Part shown: positions 57,301 through 64,000 of the stretch, piece after piece | Layout: every line of letters begins with the position of its first letter | How positions within the stretch are numbered: position 1 is the stretch's first letter | From: Auanema rhodensis | Taxonomy: Eukaryota > Animalia > Nematoda | Direction of reading: 5' to 3' | Assembly (NCBI GenBank): GCA_964057225.1 | Contig: CAXKVF010000078.1 | Span: 310,001-374,000 of the forward strand | Length of the DNA stretch: 64,000 nt | Translations under genes and position numbers: made by a program | Notes under the pieces: generated by a model | Database searches by the model: none | Told to the model about the DNA's origin: nothing | Seen by the model: the letters and a program-made list of their open reading frames with translations, nothing else

Positions 57301-60300
57301 GCGAGTTACATACCAAGTGCACATCACGTGTACATTTAATTAGCATAAATTAAAGTTCACGTAAATTTCAAAGTCATGGTTACCATGCACCAATATCAAT
57401 AAAAATTTGTTTTTAGACTAATATGGACATGGGGAATCTAATTTTGAAAACCGCATCTCTTTATCTTTCACGTGAAGCGAGTTACATACCAAGTGCACAT
57501 CACGTGTACATTTAATTAACATAAATTAAAGTTCACGTAAATTTCAAAGTCGTGGTTACCATGCACCAATATCAATAAAAATTCGTTTTTAGACTAATAT
57601 GGACATGGGGAATCTAACTTTGAAAACCGCATCTCTTTATCTTTCACGTGAAGCGAGTTACATACCAAGTGCACATCACGTGTACATTTAATTAGCATAA
57701 ATTAAAGTTCACGTAAATTTCAAAGTCATGGTTACCATGCACCAATATCAATAAAAATTTGTTTTTAGACTAATATGGACATGGGGAATCTAATTTTGAA
57801 AACCGCATCTCTTTATCTTTCACGTGAAGCGAGTTACATACCAAGTGCACATCACGTGTACATTTAATTAGCATAAATTAAAGTTCACGTAAATTTCAAA
57901 GTCATGGTTACCATGCACCAATATCAATAAAAATTTGTTTTTAGACTAATATGGACATGGGGAATCTAATTTTGAGAACCGCATCTCTTCATCTTTTACG
58001 TGAAGCGAGTTACATACCAAGTGCACATCAAGTGTACATTTAATTAGCATAAATTAAAGTTCACGTAAATTTCAAAGTCATGGTTACCATGCACCAATAT
58101 CAATAACAATTTGTTTTTAGACTAATATGGACATGGGGAATCTAATTTTGAAAACCGCATCTCTTTATCTTTCACGTGAAGCGAGTTACATACCAAGTGC
58201 ACATCAAGTGTACATTTAATAAGCATAAATTAAAGTTCACGTAAATTTCAAAGTCATGGTTACCATGCACCAATATCAATAAAAATTTGTTTTTAGACTA
58301 ATATGGACATGGGGAATCTAATTTTGAAAACCGCATTTCTTTATCTTTCACGTGAAGCGAGTTACATACCAAGTGCACATCACGTGTACATTTAATTAGC
58401 ATAAATTAAAGTTCACGTAAATTTCAAAGTCATGGTTACCATGCACCAATATCAATAAAAATTTGTTTTTAGACTAATATGGACATGGGGAATCTAATTT
58501 TGAAAACCGCATCTCTTTATCTTTCACGTGAAGCGAGTTACATACCAAGTGCACATCACGTGTACATTTAATTAGCATAAATTAAAGTTCACGTAAATTT
58601 CAAAGTCATGGTTACCATGCACCAATATCAATAAAAATTTGTTTTTAGACTAATATGGACATGGGGAATCTAATTTTGAAAACCGCATCTCTTTATCTTT
58701 CACGTGAAGCGAGTTACATACCAAGTGCACATCACGTGTACATTTAATTAGCATAAATTAAAGTTCACGTAAATTTCAAAGTCATGGTTACCATGCACCA
58801 ATATCAATAAAAATTTGTTTTTAGACTAATATGGACATGGGGAATCTAATTTTGAGAACCGCATCTCTTCATCTTTTACGTGAAGCGAGTTACATACCAA
58901 GTGCACATCAAGTGTACATTTAATTAGCATAAATTAAAGTTCACGTAAATTTCAAAGTCATGGTTACCATGCACCAATATCAATAAAAATTTGTTTTTAG
59001 ACTAATATGGACATGGGGAATCTAATTTTGAAAACCGCATCTCTTTATCTTTCACGTGAAGCGAGTTACATACCAAGTGCACATCACGTGTACATTTAAT
59101 TAGCATAAATTAAAGTTCACGTAAATTTCAAAGTCATGGTTACCATGCACCAATATCAATAAAAATTTGTTTTTAGACTAATATGGACAAGGGGAATCTA
59201 ATTTTGAAAACCGCATCTCTTCATCTTTCACGTGAAGCGAGTTACATACCAAGTGCACATCAAGTGTACATTTAATTAGCATAAATTAAAGTTCACGTAA
59301 ATTTCAAAGTCATGGTTACCATGCACCAATATCAATAAAAATTTGTTTTTAGACTAATATGGACATGGGGAATCTAATTTTGAAAACCGCATTTCTCTAT
59401 CTTTCACGTGAAGCGAGTTACATACCAAGTGCACATCACGTGTACATTTAATTAGCATAAATTAAAGTTCACGTAAATTTCAAAGTCATGGTTACCATGC
59501 ACCAATATCAATAAAAATTTGTTTTTAGACTAATATGGACATGGGGAATCTAATTTTGAAAACCGCATCTCTTTATCTTTCACGTGAAGCGAGTTACATA
59601 CCAAGTGCACATCACGTGTACATTTAATTAGCATAAATTAAAGTTCACGTAAATTTCAAAGTCATGGTTACCATGCACCAATATCAATAAAAATTTGTTT
59701 TTAGACTAATATGGACATGGGGAATCTAATTTTGAGAACCGCATCTCTTCATCTTTCACGTGAAGCGAGTTACATACCAAGTGCACATCACGAGTACATT
59801 TAATTAGCATAAATTAAAGTTCACGTAAATTTCAAAGTCATGGTTACCATGCACCAATATCAATAAAAATTTGTTTTTAGACTAATATGGACATGGGGAA
59901 TCTAATTTTGAAAACCGCATCTCTTTATCTTTCACGTGAAGCGAGTTACATACCAAGTGCACATCACGTGTACATTTAATTAACATAAATTAAAGTTCAC
60001 GTAAATTTCAAAGTCGTGGTTACCATGCACCAATATCAATAAAAATTCGTTTTTAGACTAATATGGACATGGGGAATCTAACTTTGAAAACCGCATCTCT
60101 TTATCTTTCACGTGAAGCGAGTTACATACCAAGTGCACATCACGTGTACATTTAATTAGCATAAATTAAAGTTCACGTAAATTTCAAAGTCATGGTTACC
60201 ATGCACCAATATCAATAAAAATTTGTTTTTAGACTAATATGGACATGGGGAATCTAATTTTGAAAACCGCATCTCTTTATCTTTCACGTGAAGCGAGTTA

Positions 60301-61071
60301 CATACCAAGTGCACATCACGTGTACATTTAATTAGCATAAATTAAAGTTCACGTAAATTTCAAAGTCATGGTTACCATGCACCAATATCAATAAAAATTT
60401 GTTTTTAGACTAATATGGACATGGGGAATCTAATTTTGAAAACCGCATCTCTTTATCTTTCACGTGAAGCGAGTTACATACCAAGTGCACATCACGTGTA
60501 CATTTAATTAACATAAATTAAAGTTCACGTAAATTTCAAAGTCGTGGTTACCATGCACCAATATCAATAGAAATTCGTTTTTAGACTAATATGGACATGG
60601 GGAATCTAACTTTGAAAACCGCATCTCTTTATCTTTCACGTGAAGCGAGTTACATACCAAGTGCACATCACGTGTACATTTAATTAGCATAAATTAAAGT
60701 TCACGTAAATTTCAAAGTCATGGTTACCATGCACCAATATCAATAAAAATTTGTTTTTAGACTAATATGGACATGGGGAATCTAATTTTGAAAACCGCAT
60801 CTCTTTATCTTTCACGTGAAGCGAGTTACATACCAAGTGCACATCACGTGTACATTTAATTAGCATAAATTAAAGTTCACGTAAATTTCAAAGTCATGGT
60901 TACCATGCACCAATATCAATAAAAATTTGTTTTTAGACTAATATGGACATGGGGAATCTAATTTTGAAAACCGCATCTCTTTATCTTTCACGTGAAGCGA
61001 GTTACATACCAAGTGCACATCACGTGTACATTTAATTAGCATAAATTAAAGTTCACGTAAATTTCAAAGTC

Positions 61072-63004
61072 ATGGTTACCATCCACCTATATCAACAAAA
61101 ATGTGTTTTTAGACTAATATGGACATGGGGAATCTAATTTCGAAAAGCGAATCTCTTCATCTTTCACGTGAAGCGAGTTACATACCAAGTGCACATCACG
61201 TGTACACTTAATAAGCATGAATTAAAGTTCACGTAAATTTCAAAGTCATGGTTACCATGCACCAATATCAATAAAAATTTGTTTTTAGACTAATATGGAC
61301 ATGGGGAATCTAATTTTGAAAACCGCATCTCTTTATCTTTCACGTGAAGCGAGTTACATACCAAGTGCACATCACGTGTACACTTAATAAGCATAAATTA
61401 AAGTTCACGTAAATTTTAAAGTCATGGTTGCCATGCACCAATATCAATAAAAATTTGTTTTTAGACTAATATGGAAATGGGGAATCTATTTTGAAAACCG
61501 CATCTCTTTATCTTTCACGTGAAGCGAGTTACATACCAAGTGCATATCATGTGTACACTTAATTAGCATAAATTAAAGTTCACGTAAATTTCAAAGTCAT
61601 GGTTACCATGCACCAATATTAATAAAAATTTGTTTTTAGACTAATATGGACATGGGGAATCTAATTTTGAAAACCGCATCTCTTCATCTTTCACGTGAAG
61701 CGAGTTACATACCAAGTGCACATCATGTGTACACTTAATTAGCATAAATTAAAGTTCACGTAAATTTCAAAGTCATGGTTACCATGCACCAATATCAATC
61801 AAAATTTGTTTTTAGACTAATATGGACATGGGGAATCTAATTTTGAAAACCGCATCTCTTTATCTTTCACGTGAAGCGAGTTACATACCAAGTGCACATC
61901 ACGTGTACACTTAATAAGCATAAATTAAAGTTCACGTAAATTTTAAAGTCATGGTTGCCATGCACCAATATCAATAAAAATTTGTTTTTAGACTAATATG
62001 GAAATGGGGAATCTATTTTGAAAACCGCATCTCTTTATCTTTCACGTGAAGCGAGTTACATACCAAGTGCACATCATGTGTACACTTAATTAGCATAAAT
62101 TGAAGTTCACGTAAATTTCAAAGTCATGGTTACCATTCACCAATATTAATAAAAATTTGTTTTTAGACTAATATGGACATAGGGAATCTGATTTTGAAAA
62201 CCGCATCTCTTTATCTTTGACTTGAAGCGAGTTACATACCAAGTGCACATCATGTGTACACTTAATTAGCATAAATTGAAGTTCACGTAAATTTCAAAGT
62301 CATGGTTACCATCCACCTATATCAACAAAAATGTGTTTTTAGACTAATATGGACATGCGGAATCTAATTTCGAAAAGCGCATCTCTTCATCTTTCACGTG
62401 AAGCGAGTTACATACCAAGTGCACATCACGTGTACATTCAATTAGCATAAATTAAAGTTCACGTAAATTTCAAAGTCATGGTTACCATGCACCAATATCA
62501 ATAAAAATTTGTTTTTAGACTAATATGGACATGGGGAATCTAATTTTGAAAACCGCATCTCTTTATCTTTTACGTGAAGCGACTTACATACCAAGTGCAC
62601 ATCACGTGTACATTCAATTAGCATAAATTAAAGTTCACGTAAATTTCAAAGTCATGGTTACCATGCACCAATATCAATAAAAATTCGTTTTTAGACTAAT
62701 ATGGACATGAGGAATCTAATTTTGAAAACCGCATCTCTTTATCTTTCACGTGAAGCGAGTTACATACCAAGTGCACATCACGTGTACACTTAATAAGCAT
62801 AAATTAAAGTTCACGTAAATTTTAAAGTCAAGGTTGCCATGCACCAATATCAATAAAAATTTGTTTTTAGACTAATATGGAAATGGGGAATCTATTTTGA
62901 AAACCGCATCTCTTTATCTTTCACGTGAAGCGAGTTACATACCAAGTGCATATCACGTGTACATTTAATTAGCATAAATTAAAGTTCACGTAAATTTCAA
63001 AGTC
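61072..63004 (+). repeat. Island of 11 more-diverged monomers, including three 175-bp copies
   Basis: The monomer at 61072 has 11 substitutions. Monomers at 61424, 61951 and 62830 share A7G, C53A and a 1-bp deletion (AATCTATTTTG). T136C is common here and was not seen elsewhere. Confidence 0.9.
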
Positions 63005-64000
63005 ATGGTTACCATGCACCAATATCAATAAAAATTTGTTTTTAGACTAATATGGACATGGGGAATCTAATTTTGAGAACCGCATCTCTTCATCTTTTAC
63101 GTGAAGCGAGTTACATACCAAGTGCACATCAAGTGTACATTTAATTAGCATAAATTAAAGTTCACGTAAATTTCAAAGTCATGGTTACCATGCACCAATA
63201 TCAATAACAATTTGTTTTTAGACTAATATGGACATGGGGAATCTAATTTTGAAAACCGCATCTCTTTATCTTTCACGTGAAGCGAGTTACATACCAAGTG
63301 CACATCAAGTGTACATTTAATAAGCATAAATTAAAGTTCACGTAAATTTCAAAGTCATGGTTACCATGCACCAATATCAATAAAAATTTGTTTTTAGACT
63401 AATATGGACATGGGGAATCTAATTTTGAAAACCGCATTTCTTTATCTTTCACGTGAAGCGAGTTACATACCAAGTGCACATCACGTGTACATTTAATTAG
63501 CATAAATTAAAGTTCACGTAAATTTCAAAGTCATGGTTACCATGCACCAATATCAATAAAAATTTGTTTTTAGACTAATATGGATATGGGGAATCTAATT
63601 TTGAAAACCGCATCTCTTTATCTTTCACGTGAAGCGAGTTACATACCAAGTGCACATCACGTGTACATTTAATTAGCATAAATTAAAGTTCACGTAAATT
63701 TCAAAGTCATGGTTACCATGCACCAATATCAATAAAAATTTGTTTTTAGACTAATTTGGACATGGGGAATCTAATTTTGAAAACCGCATCTCTTTATCTT
63801 TCACGTGAAGCGAGTTACATACCAAGTGCACATCACGTGTACATTTAATTAACATAAATTAAAGTTCACGTAAATTTCAAAGTCGTGGTTACCATGCACC
63901 AATATCAATAAAAATTCGTTTTTAGACTAATATGGACATGGGGAATCTAACTTTGAAAACCGCATCTCTTTATCTTTCACGTGAAGCGAGTTACATACCA

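Larger units (their letters stand above)
1..64000. repeat. Tandem satellite DNA array, 176-bp monomer, 363 full copies plus a 116-bp partial copy, single orientation; runs off both window ends
   Basis: ATGGTTACCATG (or a single-base variant) recurs at 1, 177, 353, 529 and so on, every 176 bp, to 57201. The phase then shifts only by four 1-bp deletions, and the last monomer starts at 63885. Most copies differ from consensus at 0-3 positions. Confidence 0.99.
1..64000. other. Putative centromeric/pericentromeric satellite domain of a eukaryote
   Basis: Inference from a roughly nucleosome-plus-linker-sized monomer, AT richness, near-identical copies, local higher-order repeats and no interspersed sequence. 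This organisation resembles alpha satellite (171 bp) and Arabidopsis CEN178, but I claim no sequence homology to either. Confidence 0.6.

Noticed and set aside
1-64000. CRISPR array or other repeat-spacer system
   Set aside because: There are no unique spacers: the entire 176 bp repeats. There is no leader and no cas or other gene.
1-64000. Tandem 5S rRNA, tRNA, snRNA or spliced-leader gene array
   Set aside because: I could not recognise a Pol III A/B/C box, a cloverleaf or any conserved RNA sequence. An Infernal/Rfam search would be the formal test.
1-64000. Assignment to a named 176-bp satellite such as Brassica CentBr or honeybee AluI
   Set aside because: Only the length is shared. The consensus lacks HindIII and AluI sites and I recognise no sequence similarity. 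A database search is needed.
1-64000. Transposon insertions, inversions or telomeric repeats
   Set aside because: The monomer phase is continuous throughout and the orientation never changes. No foreign sequence was seen.

Overview
The whole 64-kb window is one uninterrupted, head-to-tail satellite DNA array of a 176-bp, AT-rich monomer (about 32% GC by hand count), with 363 complete copies plus a 116-bp partial copy, all in one orientation. Consensus: ATGGTTACCATGCACCAATATCAATAAAAATTTGTTTTTAGACTAATATGGACATGGGGAATCTAATTTTGAAAACCGCATCTCTTTATCTTTCACGTGAAGCGAGTTACATACCAAGTGCACATCACGTGTACATTTAATTAGCATAAATTAAAGTTCACGTAAATTTCAAAGTC. I found no genes, RNA genes, transposons, CRISPR spacers or unique sequence. 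The monomer length, very high homogeneity and local higher-order duplications resemble a eukaryotic centromeric or pericentromeric satellite. That is an inference, and I cannot name the organism or family. The information lies in the rare variants. They show zoned variant domains, nested higher-order repeats (3-, 4-, 5-, 6-, 11- and about 17-monomer periods), long-range block copies, 57 kb with no net indel, and an island of 11 diverged monomers near 61-63 kb. The monomer is dense in palindromes and carries three TCACGT cores spaced 32-33 bp apart. I cannot support a novel protein- or RNA-based system here. Variants were read by eye and are numbered by position in the monomer (A of ATGGTT = 1), so some may have been missed.
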